Positions 1 through 11,200 of a stretch of 64,000 nt of DNA are shown here, piece after piece (position 1 is the first letter of the stretch; every line of letters starts with the position of its first letter). The DNA is taken from IMG/VR virus record IMGVR_UViG_2654587505_000001, positions 64,001-128,000 of that record; one strand, 5' to 3'. The notes below the pieces were generated by a model. The model was not told the DNA's origin. It searched no databases and saw only the letters and a program-made list of their open reading frames with translations. The translations under genes were made by a program, and so were the position numbers. The stretch is from a virus. Its lineage: Duplodnaviria; Caudoviricetes.

Positions 1-2030
1 ACTATGCCAAATGTATAGAATATGTTAACAGGTATCATACTCAAACTATGCCTGAAGGTATGAAATTTGATGAATGGCAAAAAGTCAGACTAACCAAAGA
101 AAAAGTTTTATCTTATCTTAAACGCATTATCAAGAATCAACATAACAGCGAACGTGACGAGATACGGCTAGTTAAAACAAATTATGGTTTACGACTAAAA
201 GGTTATTCACAAAAAGATAAGATATATTTGTCAAAGTATACTGGTGTTAAAGAAATGTCATTCACTGATATGATACTAAGTAACAGTTACCCATTTGATG
301 ATCAGACTTATAAAAAGTTGTATAACAGAAAGGTTAAAAAATCATGTCAGCAATCCGAATCATTTAAAAAAATAGGTAACAATCCACTTATAACAGAATG
401 GTTAGAAAATTTTAGATTATATAATAATGAGACTAACCAGACAATACAATTAAAGGATTTTCAAAAAGAAGATCTAGGCAAAATTCTGCAAAAAGATAAA
501 GCATTGTTAGCTTGGAATGTCGGATTAGGTAAAACAGAAGCAGGAATAACATGGATGAAATACATGAATCAACATAAGCACATTAGAAACACTTTTATTG
601 TATCGTCTAGTATTTCAATTAAAATGACATGGACTAAACGGTTAGACCAATATGGAATCAAATATAAAAAAATTGAATCATTGTCAGATGTACTAAATTT
701 AAAACAAGGTGATACTGTTTTATTCTCGTTTAATATGCTTGTTAAGTATCAAAAACATATTAAACATTATATTCGTCTACAGTCGCGTAAAATTGCCTTA
801 ATATTAGACGAATCACATCGTTGTATATATCCAAGCACAAAAACGACAAAAGCCGTTACAAGTGTGTTTCAGCGTGTTCCATATAAACTATTGGCAAGTG
901 GGACACCGACAAAAAATAATGCTAATGAATTGTATCCTCAATTTATGATTTTGTATGGTAGCAGCAATAACTTTATCTGCGAATGTCCAACGATCCAACA
1001 GGAGGATAAAAAAACAGGAGAGTTAAAAGAGAATGAAAATAAATATTACATGAAGCCATTTCCTGCATATAATCAATCATTGTTTTCTGCTTGTTTTTCT
1101 CCTAAGAAAGCAACAGTTTTTGGAGTAGAAAAAGCAAATCAAGATATATATCATTCGGATAAATTGATCAAACTAATTGAAAAAACAATTATAGTTAGAA
1201 GTATGTTCGAAGTGTTAAATAAAGATATGGTCGAATTTGTCACTCATCGGATCAACCAAAATGAAAACGAAAAAGAAGTATATAGACAAATCATGGAAGA
1301 GTTTCACACTATGGTTAGATCATACTACGGAACAACAGGCAATTACCGTAAAGATGCCATGTTACGGATTATTCAACAAATTCAATTGTTACAAAAAGCC
1401 GTTTCCATTCCTCATAAATTAAAGGAATATAATGGATATAAAGAACCAAACAAATATAAAAAAATTAAACACATTATCAAAAATGCTGATAATCAAAAGG
1501 TTGCAATTGGAACAACTTTTATAGATGCATCTACTTATTATTTTCACAAGTTAAGAGACGAGTTTTCAGATCGAAAAGTATTCCTTATACTTGGTGAAAC
1601 GTCATTCAAAAAGCGTACAGAGATTATTGAAGAATTTGAAGCAACAGAGAATGGAATACTGGTATCAACTCAAATGAGCCTATCTGAGAGCGTTAATATC
1701 CCTTCCTGTGACGTTGCAATATGTGAGGGTCTACAATATAACATTGCAAATATGATGCAGTATATTGGACGTTTTACACGCTTAAACAGCAAGAATAAAA
1801 CGACAATACATTTTATAACGTACACGAATACGCTGGAGCAAAATATCCTAGCTTTATTAATGGCAAAGCAGCGGATCAATGAGTTTGTGAAACAGTGTGA
1901 GTACAAAGAAGATGCAGATATATTTGATGAGTTTGGAATCAGTTTAGACATATTCAATAGTATCATTACTAAAGAGTATGACGAAAACGGATCAGTAAAA
2001 TTGAGTTGGGGAAGGCAAAATGTAATATAA
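1..2030 (+). CDS. SNF2/SF2 helicase, 5'-truncated by the window edge
   Basis: Walker A-like NVGLGKT, DESH box, ASGTP motif III and a C-terminal helicase motif (QYIGRFTR). The frame is open back to base 3. Confidence 0.8.
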   Translation, partial: YAKCIEYVNRYHTQTMPEGMKFDEWQKVRLTKEKVLSYLKRIIKNQHNSERDEIRLVKTNYGLRLKGYSQKDKIYLSKYTGVKEMSFTDMILSNSYPFDDQTYKKLYNRKVKKSCQQSESFKKIGNNPLITEWLENFRLYNNETNQTIQLKDFQKEDLGKILQKDKALLAWNVGLGKTEAGITWMKYMNQHKHIRNTFIVSSSISIKMTWTKRLDQYGIKYKKIESLSDVLNLKQGDTVLFSFNMLVKYQKHIKHYIRLQSRKIALILDESHRCIYPSTKTTKAVTSVFQRVPYKLLASGTPTKNNANELYPQFMILYGSSNNFICECPTIQQEDKKTGELKENENKYYMKPFPAYNQSLFSACFSPKKATVFGVEKANQDIYHSDKLIKLIEKTIIVRSMFEVLNKDMVEFVTHRINQNENEKEVYRQIMEEFHTMVRSYYGTTGNYRKDAMLRIIQQIQLLQKAVSIPHKLKEYNGYKEPNKYKKIKHIIKNADNQKVAIGTTFIDASTYYFHKLRDEFSDRKVFLILGETSFKKRTEIIEEFEATENGILVSTQMSLSESVNIPSCDVAICEGLQYNIANMMQYIGRFTRLNSKNKTTIHFITYTNTLEQNILALLMAKQRINEFVKQCEYKEDADIFDEFGISLDIFNSIITKEYDENGSVKLSWGRQNVI

Positions 2031-2061
2031 GGAGAGGATAATTCCTCTCTAGTTTTACTAA

Positions 2062-2105
2062 TTGAACCACCCATGACTTTAGTTATGGGTGGTCTCGCCA
2101 AAGTT
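2062..2105 (-). mobile_element. IS200/IS605-derived palindromic mini-element (PATE/REP-like)
   Basis: Hairpin accacccat-gactttagtt-atgggtggt ends in TTCAA on the - strand, like the right end at 25161. It is preceded on the - strand by TTTAT. Confidence 0.6.
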
Positions 2106-2236
2106 ATAAAAAATATCTTTTATTTCGATACTTGAAAATAAATTATGTTAAAAACAAAAAAAACTTTACATATATAAACAATGATGATACAATAATAAAT
2201 ATAAAGAATATACAAATACATAGGAGAAGATAACAA

Positions 2237-2823
2237 ATGGACAATCAAAATATTTATCAAGAAAATGGATATACAAACAGAAGGGAATACCTTGAATCAC
2301 TTGCAGAAGATTATGGTGTGTCACTTGAAACTGTGCTTGCAATTGCAGATATGTACGGCGAGTCTGAAGATTTTGACGGTCTACTCTCAGCGTTAGAGGA
2401 CGCACAAGACATGGAATTATAAAAGATTATTAATATCGACTAGATAGAAAACTTGCAGATTTTCTATCTAGTCAAAAGGTATTAAAACGTATCTTTTATG
2501 ATAACAGAAAGGATAAATAAATAATGAGCGATAAAGAATTTTATGACTTAATTCATTCGTTTATATGTAATAATAAATGTAGTCTAAACACATGGTACGA
2601 ATTTAAACTAAAAGATGACAAAAAGGGAGTAAATATTCACTGTGAGGTAACGATACCAAACATAGGAAACATAAGAATAAGAAAACCATTTAAAATTGCT
2701 GGAACAAATGGGTATGGTGAAACAGTCTACAATTATTATTTGTGTCGCTTTACGAATAACAGAGAGTTAAAACACGAGGGAATTATTGAAGGATTGCGGT
2801 CTGAGGTTAAGAAAATTGTATAA
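2237..2823 (+). CDS. Two small hypothetical phage proteins (2237-2422, 2524-2823)
   Basis: ORFs with RBS, separated by a hairpin and the junction site at 2482. Confidence 0.7.
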
Positions 2824-3090
2824 CAGTAGCCGTATTAAATCATTATGAAATTTGCATTTTATTTCTTGATAAATAAGTTATAAAAAAGTCATTATGCAAG
2901 TTAAATGCAAGTTAAAAAATCACGCAATAACAAGGTTTTTGGTTGATGGTTAAGTTGTAAATCAAGTTAGAATCAAGTTAAATACAAATGAAATATCTAT
3001 ATTCTTTACCCAAACAAAAAGATAAATTTATATTGACATTTCACGCTAGAGTGAATATTGTATAAATATAATAAAAATGGAGGAAATTAA

Positions 3091-3597
3091 ATGATTAAAG
3101 TGGTTTCTAGTGATCTTGTTGAAAAAGATAATGTCGGACTTATTGCAATTGATGATAATTTTTACTTGGTTGATACGGATATATGCACTAATAAGGCTGT
3201 TCTTCTTCACTCTTTTGATATCGAAACATTTGCAGAAATGTCTTTCCAGTCATACGATAAAGAAGAAGAAATGGAACAATATTTTAAAGCAATCATGACG
3301 CAGGAAAAACTTAGAGAAGTGTTTAATTGTGATAACCCAAAGAAAGAATTTGAGAATATCATTAAAGAAACTTTTAATATTGAAAATGAGCAACATAATA
3401 CAATCGATTTAAATGACCCAAGGATCATGTCATCTGCTGAAGCATGTGAACAATGGGGAATTGACGATTCAACGTTGAGAAAGGCACATAATCGGTTTCC
3501 TATTGGCTCTATTCGGAAATTTGGGCGCGATTGGGTGGTAACTGATTTTGGTATGAATCAAGTATTCGGAAGACGTAAAGAAGATAACGGTAAATGA
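3091..3597 (+). CDS. Protein with C-terminal helix-turn-helix (HTH_35-like)
   Basis: SSAEACEQWGIDDSTLRKA...RKFGRDWVVT. Upstream TTGACA promoter with a palindromic spacer (ttcac..gtgaa). Confidence 0.7.
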   Translation: MIKVVSSDLVEKDNVGLIAIDDNFYLVDTDICTNKAVLLHSFDIETFAEMSFQSYDKEEEMEQYFKAIMTQEKLREVFNCDNPKKEFENIIKETFNIENEQHNTIDLNDPRIMSSAEACEQWGIDDSTLRKAHNRFPIGSIRKFGRDWVVTDFGMNQVFGRRKEDNGK

Positions 3598-3688
3598 ATT
3601 GTTCATTTCCTAGTCTTATATTGTTCATGGTATAATAACAGCAATATAAAAATATTACTTTGCAATTATTAATTTACAATAAAAGGAG

Positions 3689-4118
3689 ATGTTTAAAATG
3701 TTGTTCAAAATTAATGAAACATATGTTGCAATGGTAGATGAAAATGTTGTTCATTTTAAAGTGTTGGATCAAGTGAATAATACTCAATTCTTGATTCAAT
3801 GGTTTGATGATAACGGCACGAAAAGAGAGAAGGAAGTCGCAGAAATCAATAACATGATTGAATGGATTAATGATTACAAAGCAAGCATTGAAGATGTTTC
3901 GATGAAATAATTGTTTTAAGGGGGCGCTTATGACTAGTCTAATCGATAAATCCTTCCGCTGGATCGTGCATTACAAAGACGGTACACAGCGTTACAGTAA
4001 CCTACAGACAAAGAATGACGTTTACTTTTGGGAAAAGAAAATCGGCAACATAGATAATATGGACGACATTATAGAGAATCTTCTGTATGAACCAATTCAG
4101 CAGCCTAAATGGGATTAG
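3689..4118 (+). CDS. Two small hypothetical proteins (3689-3910, 3930-4118)
   Basis: ORFs with RBS; junction site at 3902-3919. Confidence 0.65.
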
Positions 4119-4182
4119 TAAAATATATTGCTATTACCAATGTATAGGTGTAAAATTAAGACATAATTTCCATTAAAGGTGA

Positions 4183-5268
4183 GTGGACAATTTGGATAAC
4201 TTTCCTGAACTTATGCGTACGTTGTCGAAACGTGTTGAAAAAATTAAAGATTCAATCTCTACCGAAGAAGCCACTAAGACATCTATCATCATGCCATTCT
4301 TTCAAGCTTTGAATTATGACGTATTTAATCCGGAGGAATTCCTACCTGAATTTGTAGCCGATGTGGGAATTAAAAAAGGTGAGAAAGTTGATTTTGCAAT
4401 CATTCAAGATAATCAACCAATTATTTTGGTTGAAGCTAAGGCAATCAATGAAAAATTGCAAAAGCATGATTCTCAGCTTTTCAGATACTTTGGTACCACC
4501 AAGGCGAAGTTCGCTATACTTACAAACGGTGTTCATTATAAATTCTTCACTGACTTAGAAGAACAAAATAAGATGGATACCAATCCGTTTTTTGAGTTTA
4601 ATTTATTAGATATTAGAGACAATCAACTTACTGAGCTTTATAAATTCAGGAAAGAAAACTTTAATGTTGATAATATCTTTAACACAGCTTCTGATTTGAA
4701 GTATACAAATGAGATTAAGCAATTCCTTGCAAAACAATGGGAGAATCCATCAGACGAATTTATTTCCTTTATCCTAACTGATATTTATCAGGGAAAGAAA
4801 ACTAAACAAGTAATTGAGAAGTTTTCCGGTGTTGTAAAGAAATCGTTAAAACAGTTTGTTAATGACACTTTAAACGATACATTAAAGGCTGCTATTGCCA
4901 ACACAAATGCAGAAGCAGTTTCGGAAGCAGTGGCTACTGTAAGTTCAGTACAGACAGTAAATGATGAACCAGAAAAACCAGTCATTGTTACAACTGAGGA
5001 AGAGCTAGAAGGTTATGTGACAGTTAAATTATTGCTGTCCGAATTCATTGATTCTGCAAGAGTATTTTATAGAGACAATCAAAGTTACATGAACGTTTTA
5101 CTGGATGATAATATTAGAAAGTGGATTTGCCGTTTAGGTTTTAACTCCAGTAATAAATTTATTACCTTAAATGATGAAAATAGGACAACATTTAACATTG
5201 AACTTGTTTCGGACATTATTAGCTATAAGAATCAGATTATTGAAGTAGCAAAAAAATTTGATAAGTAG
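4183..5268 (+). CDS. HsdR N-terminal-like (type I REase N-domain) PD-(D/E)XK protein
   Basis: TEEATK..IMPF, EKVDFAI..VEAK, LTNG motifs; followed by its own terminator at 5277-5303. Confidence 0.8.
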   Translation: MDNLDNFPELMRTLSKRVEKIKDSISTEEATKTSIIMPFFQALNYDVFNPEEFLPEFVADVGIKKGEKVDFAIIQDNQPIILVEAKAINEKLQKHDSQLFRYFGTTKAKFAILTNGVHYKFFTDLEEQNKMDTNPFFEFNLLDIRDNQLTELYKFRKENFNVDNIFNTASDLKYTNEIKQFLAKQWENPSDEFISFILTDIYQGKKTKQVIEKFSGVVKKSLKQFVNDTLNDTLKAAIANTNAEAVSEAVATVSSVQTVNDEPEKPVIVTTEEELEGYVTVKLLLSEFIDSARVFYRDNQSYMNVLLDDNIRKWICRLGFNSSNKFITLNDENRTTFNIELVSDIISYKNQIIEVAKKFDK

Positions 5269-5473
5269 TTTTATTAAAAGGGTGGACGGATGTCTACCCT
5301 TTTAATCTTGAAATATTTTTTTATGATGCCCTTATCGCGGCTTTTATTTTCCTGATAAAAAGATGATTTTACTATAATAAATACTTAAAAATTAAGTAAA
5401 AACAATTGACATCTAAGTGAGAAAGGTATATATTGAATTCAAGAGGAAAAGAAAGGAAGGGGGTTAATCAAAT

Positions 5474-5908
5474 ATGCGACTTGGATTATATATAAAGGAT
5501 GTTATTAAGAAGCAAGGAAGAACATTGAAGTGGGTATCAGATCAACTTGAAATGAATGAACGTACATTTGCTGGAAAATTAAATAGGGACAGTATAACAG
5601 GGGAAGAATTACTGAGACTTAGCGATATACTTGGAATCGATCTTAAACAATTAAAAGAGGAGATGTTGAAAATGAATATTACCGAATACACAGTTCTTGA
5701 TTTTAAAGGAATGAAAGGTTCTGTGCCTTATCATTATAATGTTATTAAACTCGGTGAAAACATGTACTATAAAGGATATGACGAAGATAAAATTAAGGTT
5801 ACGTCTGATATTAAGTGGGCATCCCATATTGTCCCAAAGTTTGGTGAAGAGACTGTAGGGTTTATTAAAAAGTTTTATGATGAAGAAGGAAGACGGAAAG
5901 ATTCATAG
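5474..5908 (+). CDS. XRE-like HTH protein
   Basis: N-terminal HTH (TLKWVSDQLEMNERTFAGKLNR); TTGACA promoter at 5406. Confidence 0.65.
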   Translation: MRLGLYIKDVIKKQGRTLKWVSDQLEMNERTFAGKLNRDSITGEELLRLSDILGIDLKQLKEEMLKMNITEYTVLDFKGMKGSVPYHYNVIKLGENMYYKGYDEDKIKVTSDIKWASHIVPKFGEETVGFIKKFYDEEGRRKDS

Positions 5909-5923
5909 GGAATCCATAGGAGG

Positions 5924-6421
5924 TTGTTGAATATGGGGAGGTACGATAAATATGTTGCATGTGAGTTCGGATACATGGATGATAATGGTTTTCGTAGATT
6001 AATTTATACGGGATCAGAAAAACAAGAATATTCAGGACTGGAATGTAGTAGATGTGGAAAAGAATTAAAGGGATACATTGCACACACTTTTAATGATGAA
6101 GATGAGGCTGAATGGAGATTTGGTAGTGAGTGCGTTAAATACGTTTTTGGGGCAGGATTGGGGAAATGAAAGGGTTATTTCATCATCTAATGAGGAGCGA
6201 TAAATAAAATGGATAACAGTGTTCTGATTAATAGAATCCAAAAATATCAAGATAACACCAAAGAAGGAGTAAGATGTGGTCATTACTATACACATGGAAA
6301 AGTTGTTCCTATTATTCAAAAAGGCGAAGTAATTTTAAAATGCCAGCGGTGTAGTTGGAGCAGCCGATTCATCGCTCCTATTTTTTACAGAGACGATTTT
6401 GAGGAGGTATACAACAATTAA
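5924..6421 (+). CDS. Two small Cys-containing hypothetical proteins (5924-6169, 6209-6421)
   Basis: CxxC motifs; each is followed by a junction site (6166, 6426). Confidence 0.65.
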
Positions 6422-6587
6422 TCCGATGAAATGACTGTTTTAATGGACTAGACGGAATGGCTAGATTTTAAGTGGTTTATTTTATTATGAAATTGTGCAT
6501 AAACAATACTACAGATAGAAACTGCTTACGCTTAACAGTGTATACAGTTTTGTTTTTGTTTACTCATTACACAAAAAGAAACCACCT

Positions 6588-6857
6588 TCATTTAGAAGAT
6601 GGTTTTTGTGCCTTAAAATGAATCTCTAGTTTATCGATCTCCATGTAAATTTCGTGTAACCAATCCCAATCATTAGTCATACAAGCCATTGAAGAATAGT
6701 TGTATAATCGAGATAATTTAAATATAAATTCAGCGTTAACCTTTAGACACATTGCAATCTCATCCATTTCGCTTGTTGTTAATTCTCTTTGCTGTTGGAC
6801 AAAGTATAACTCTCCAAGCCGTTGATATATTGGATGCATGTAAACCACTCCAATCAT
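6588..6857 (-). CDS. Hypothetical phage protein
   Basis: Minus-strand ORF downstream of the XRE gene. Confidence 0.6.
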   Translation of the reverse strand: MIGVVYMHPIYQRLGELYFVQQQRELTTSEMDEIAMCLKVNAEFIFKLSRLYNYSSMACMTNDWDWLHEIYMEIDKLEIHFKAQKPSSK

Positions 6858-7072
6858 AATAATTTGTTTTTAATCCAGTAATACAATCAGTACATACTTG
6901 TTCTTGACGTTCGTATGCTGTTTTCAATTCATTCTTTTTACAATAGATGCATTTCATATTGTTCACCTCCAGAATAAAACCATGTAATTGATGCAATTTG
7001 TATTTGTTATATGTATATGCAGAGCTGAGTGAAAAATACATACTTTTGAGTATAAAATAAATAAAAAAAAGC

Positions 7073-7282
7073 CTAATTCTCATCAGGCTTATAAATAATA
7101 AAATCCTGTATTTGCTTCCCTGTTTTAAGTTGAATCTTGAAACACCATTCCAAACTTGGCTGACCTTTTTGGTTTTCCCATTTGTTGTAGAGGTTTTTAT
7201 TGACTCCTATAAAGTCAGCAAATTGAGTTTGATCCATTCGTAAGTCATGGCGTAGTTCTTTAAGTTTATTGTATATTGTCAT
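7073..7282 (-). CDS. XRE/Cro-like transcriptional regulator
   Basis: NKLKELR..MDQTQFADFIGV..YNKWE..QPSLE; RBS gaggtg. Confidence 0.85.
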   Translation of the reverse strand: MTIYNKLKELRHDLRMDQTQFADFIGVNKNLYNKWENQKGQPSLEWCFKIQLKTGKQIQDFIIYKPDEN

Positions 7283-7463
7283 TAAATCACCTCAAGGTTA
7301 TTGTACAATCTTATTGGTGAAATTTGTGTCGAAATGTGTAAAATAAAAAAAGCAGAAATATTTCATATTTTTTTATTGTTTTCACTTGCTAAATGCAAAA
7401 TATGGATATATAATATAAATAAATCAACGATAAATTTTAATGGTGATAGGAGATAGTACAATA

Positions 7464-7880
7464 ATGATTACAAATGAATATAAAAAATTTGATATTTGGA
7501 TGGCTGATCTTAGTGGAGTAGTTGGAAGTGAGCAAGGTGGGAGTTGTCGGCCTGTTTTAATTGTTAGTAACAATGTGGGGAATAAATTTAGTCCTGTAGT
7601 TACTATTGCAGTTTTAACTTCGAGACTAGACAAGACATCAATTCCCACACATGTTTTCTTAGATGCACAATTAAATGGATTAGATAGAGATTCCTTGATT
7701 ATGCTGGAGCAACTTAGAACTGTAGACAAAAATAGATTGTTTATGAAAGTATCCAGAGTACATCCAAGTTTAGAGAAAGAAATAAATAAAGCAATAAAAA
7801 TTAGTTTGGACACAGAAGATGAAATAACATATTTTGAACGTGGCTGTAGTCAAATAGTTAATAACCTTTGTTTCGCATAA
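7464..7880 (+). CDS. mazF: MazF/PemK-family endoribonuclease
   Basis: DIWMADL..VVGSEQGG..RPVLIVSN..GN..SP, PTHV, EQLRTVDK (NdoA/EndoA-like). Confidence 0.9.
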   Translation: MITNEYKKFDIWMADLSGVVGSEQGGSCRPVLIVSNNVGNKFSPVVTIAVLTSRLDKTSIPTHVFLDAQLNGLDRDSLIMLEQLRTVDKNRLFMKVSRVHPSLEKEINKAIKISLDTEDEITYFERGCSQIVNNLCFA

Positions 7881-7898
7881 AGAATATATGGAGGTTAA

Positions 7899-8063
7899 AT
7901 GATGAGTTATTTGTTTATAGGAAAAGGGATGTTTAGTGAAGAATCACTTAAAGAAAAGTTGCAACAAATGGGATTAAGAGATCCAGAAAGCATACTTAAA
8001 GAGGCAAAAGAAAGGAAGATAGCTATACGTGGCAGACATAAGATCATGGCAGTCATTGCTTAA
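7899..8063 (+). CDS. 54-aa ORF downstream of mazF (not in the supplied track)
   Basis: GGAGG RBS; MMSYLFIGKGMFSEESLKEKLQQMGLRDPE...; terminator hairpin at about 8072-8108. Confidence 0.7.
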   Translation: MMSYLFIGKGMFSEESLKEKLQQMGLRDPESILKEAKERKIAIRGRHKIMAVIA

Positions 8064-8156
8064 ACTGAAGGAGTCTGTGAGATTATTATATATCTCGTAG
8101 ACTCTTTTAATCTTTAAATTAATCTAAAATAATAAAGTAAAAAATACAAAAATATA

Positions 8157-8185
8157 TTGACTTTATATATGTAAAATGATATTCT
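8157..8185 (+). promoter_or_regulatory. SigA-type promoter heading a small-gene array
   Basis: TTGACT-17-TATTCT with extended -10 TG and an A-rich UP region. Confidence 0.7.
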
Positions 8186-8259
8186 ATAAACAAGAAGGAA
8201 ATGCCAATACATAAAAATAAAAGGTATTAAAACTATATTTTTATGGGAGATGATAAAAA

Positions 8260-11200
8260 ATGAAATTTGTATTCAGAAGTCGGCACAAGAATTATAAGGA
8301 TGAGACAGTAATTGTAGATTCTTTAAGAGAAGCAATTGAATGGATTGAGCAAAAGCATTACTTTAGAGAACCTTTTTGGGAAGAATCTGAGTTCGTAAAT
8401 AAATGCAGAGTTTGTTACACAAGTGAAGATGCTGAAGAGGTAGCATATGACGTATCTTGGTAAATAAAAAAGGGGGGGGTTAAGCCTCCCCAGATAGACT
8501 CAAAAAGGGAAATAAATCCTTTCATAAGGAATGATGATGTATGAGCAGACATGGGCGATATGGAAATCCAGACAAAAAAGGAACAGAAGCTTTGTTACAA
8601 TCAGTTTGCGGATATATAAATGATTTGATTAAAGAATCGGATAAAAGTAAAGAAAATAAAGAGTCTATATTGGGGGAAATTAATAGAGCAAGGGAAATAT
8701 TGTATGGAGATGGAAGGGTCTTATCTGATACACTTAAAGTAAGGTTTGAGTCAAGGTTAAATAATTTAGAAAAGAAGTTGATGAAATGAGGTTAATGAGC
8801 AATGTTAGTAAAAGTAATAAAAACACAAACGCTTGGTTTTGATAAAGGAAGTTATATAGTCGTTGAGCATTTGGACGGTAAAATTCAAAAAATTAATCTC
8901 AAAAAGGATAAGAAGCGACCTAATGACGGAAATCTTAAGAATCAATTTTATTTTCTTCAAGAAGGAAGCAGAGTTTATGTTAATGAAATAGTGGCAACGA
9001 GATAATTTTTTCATGGGAGACATTCAAGTATGAAACCAGAAAATATGATTGGTAAGCTTGTTGAAATAATAAGTGAAGAATCTGGATATAAAGGCCACTG
9101 GGGATTTATTAGAGAATGGGATGGAGAGGCATTTCATATTAGTGGAGGATCAATATCAAGTGAATATGGAGAAATAACGCCTATCTTTAATAGAGAGGAC
9201 TTCAGAGTGCCTAGAAATATCCAAGGATACATAAGAGCAGGATACTTGACGGTTGGTGTTAATATTACAGAAGATGGTCGAGAGATTCGAAAGAAAGTGA
9301 AATAATCCTTTTGATGGGGAGTTGAGATAGTGTGAGTCGAGCAACGATTAAAGAGTACAGAGCAGCGAAAGGTGGTGACTATGATTGTTACGTTCTATCT
9401 AATGGCGAAACATACTGGTTGTGGTTAAAGGCTCCTTTTAATGGAGGGGAATCGGCACTTGTACATATAATGACGGACGATCCGACAGTAGAAGTTGGCA
9501 TTGTGACAATCGAGAAGGATGTTAATAGTTGTAGGATGTCGCTGAATGGAAAGACTGTAGAAGTACCAATAACATTTAAGCAATATCTCAAACCCAACAA
9601 GAAGTATTTCTTTGATAAGGTAGTAAAAACATTTCTGATAAAATGAATATTTTAAATGGAGTGATTAAATATGAGCAAATTTAAAGTCGGAGATTATGTT
9701 TATTTTCATGATTGTCAAATGGCAGGAGAAGTTGAATCGATAAATAATGACGGTACATACGATATTATTTGGAACGAAGGAAATAACAGTGGCAGGTTGA
9801 CAGTATTAGAAAATGATATGCAATTAGGCGAAAAACCAGATTGGAGGTATATTCCTGAAATGAGTATTCAAGAGTTTGATGATAATGTCAAAATTATTCT
9901 TGAAGAAATGAGGGAACAATATAAGTCAATGACAATAGGAGATATTCAAACAGTGATGATGTTTGCAAAAATGTTTAAAGAAAAGTGCATGGAAGATAAA
10001 AGTTTCTTTTAGAAAGATGATAAAAGGATTCTTTCATTAGGTAAATCAAAAAAAGGAGAATGAAAAATATGACAGCAGAAGAACTTAAAAATAAAATTGT
10101 TTATGCTTTTCGCTACTTAGATAAAGGAGAACAATTAAGATTAACAAAGCAAGCAATAGTCGTCAAGGATTTTTTAAGAAATTCTTATGGGGAAGCAGAA
10201 TTAACATCTATGATGAATTTACCGTCTGAAACTTGGAAAGCAGCATGGAAATTGTTTGAAGAGTATCACGGGATTTTCACGCATGGTGATTATTTAGAAG
10301 CAACAAAATAGCAAATGAAAGAAAGTATTTCATTAAATAACGGAGGTTTTATTAAAATGTTCATAATAACAAGCGTCGTAAGTAAAGATGGAGATAATGA
10401 AAAGGTTTTATATGGCGAAAGAAATAAAGTAATGGAAAGAATAAAAAATGAATACACAGACTATATTGCAGGAACAAGTTTTTTTGAAACAAGACACGAA
10501 ATGAATGTTATTTTAAGATTATTGCCTAATAATATAAATTTTATTGATTGCCGATAAAATAGTCTTTCAATTGGTGAAAGGGGGATAACACGGTTTTGAA
10601 ATCGAGTATTAAACTAGATGTGAATCAGATGATTATTATCAATAATGCGCTAGATATTGCCATGAATGAACTTAAAACTATTTATCAAGATAAATGGTTA
10701 ACAGAACAAGTTGCAGTAATCAAAAACAAACTGAATAAAAGAATAGAATATTTAGAAAACAAATGAAATAAAAAAACGAGTAAATGGGGGTTGATATGAA
10801 ATGAATAAAGAACAAATGAAGGAATTGATTTACAATAATATTCCAGAAAACGATTATCAAGTATTGAATTGTAGTATTTATTATAAAGCAATGAAAGATG
10901 ATGAAAATACATTTAAACAGGCTTTAAATGAATTGATTCGTGAAAATAAAGTACATATGGATGCGGAGATAGAAGGAGTAAAACTATATAGGAAAAAATA
11001 TCCTTTAACGAAAAAATGCCAAGGAACATGCAACAATTACTTTGATAAAAAATGTAAAGGAGAAGTTTTGACTTACAGAATAATTTCTCCTGAAAATCAT
11101 AAATATCCGAATCGTGATTGGGGATTGAATAATTATTGTTTAACAGCAAAAGAAAATGACGAGCGAAATGGTTTTGTTGTTACAGAAATAGAAGATCAGT

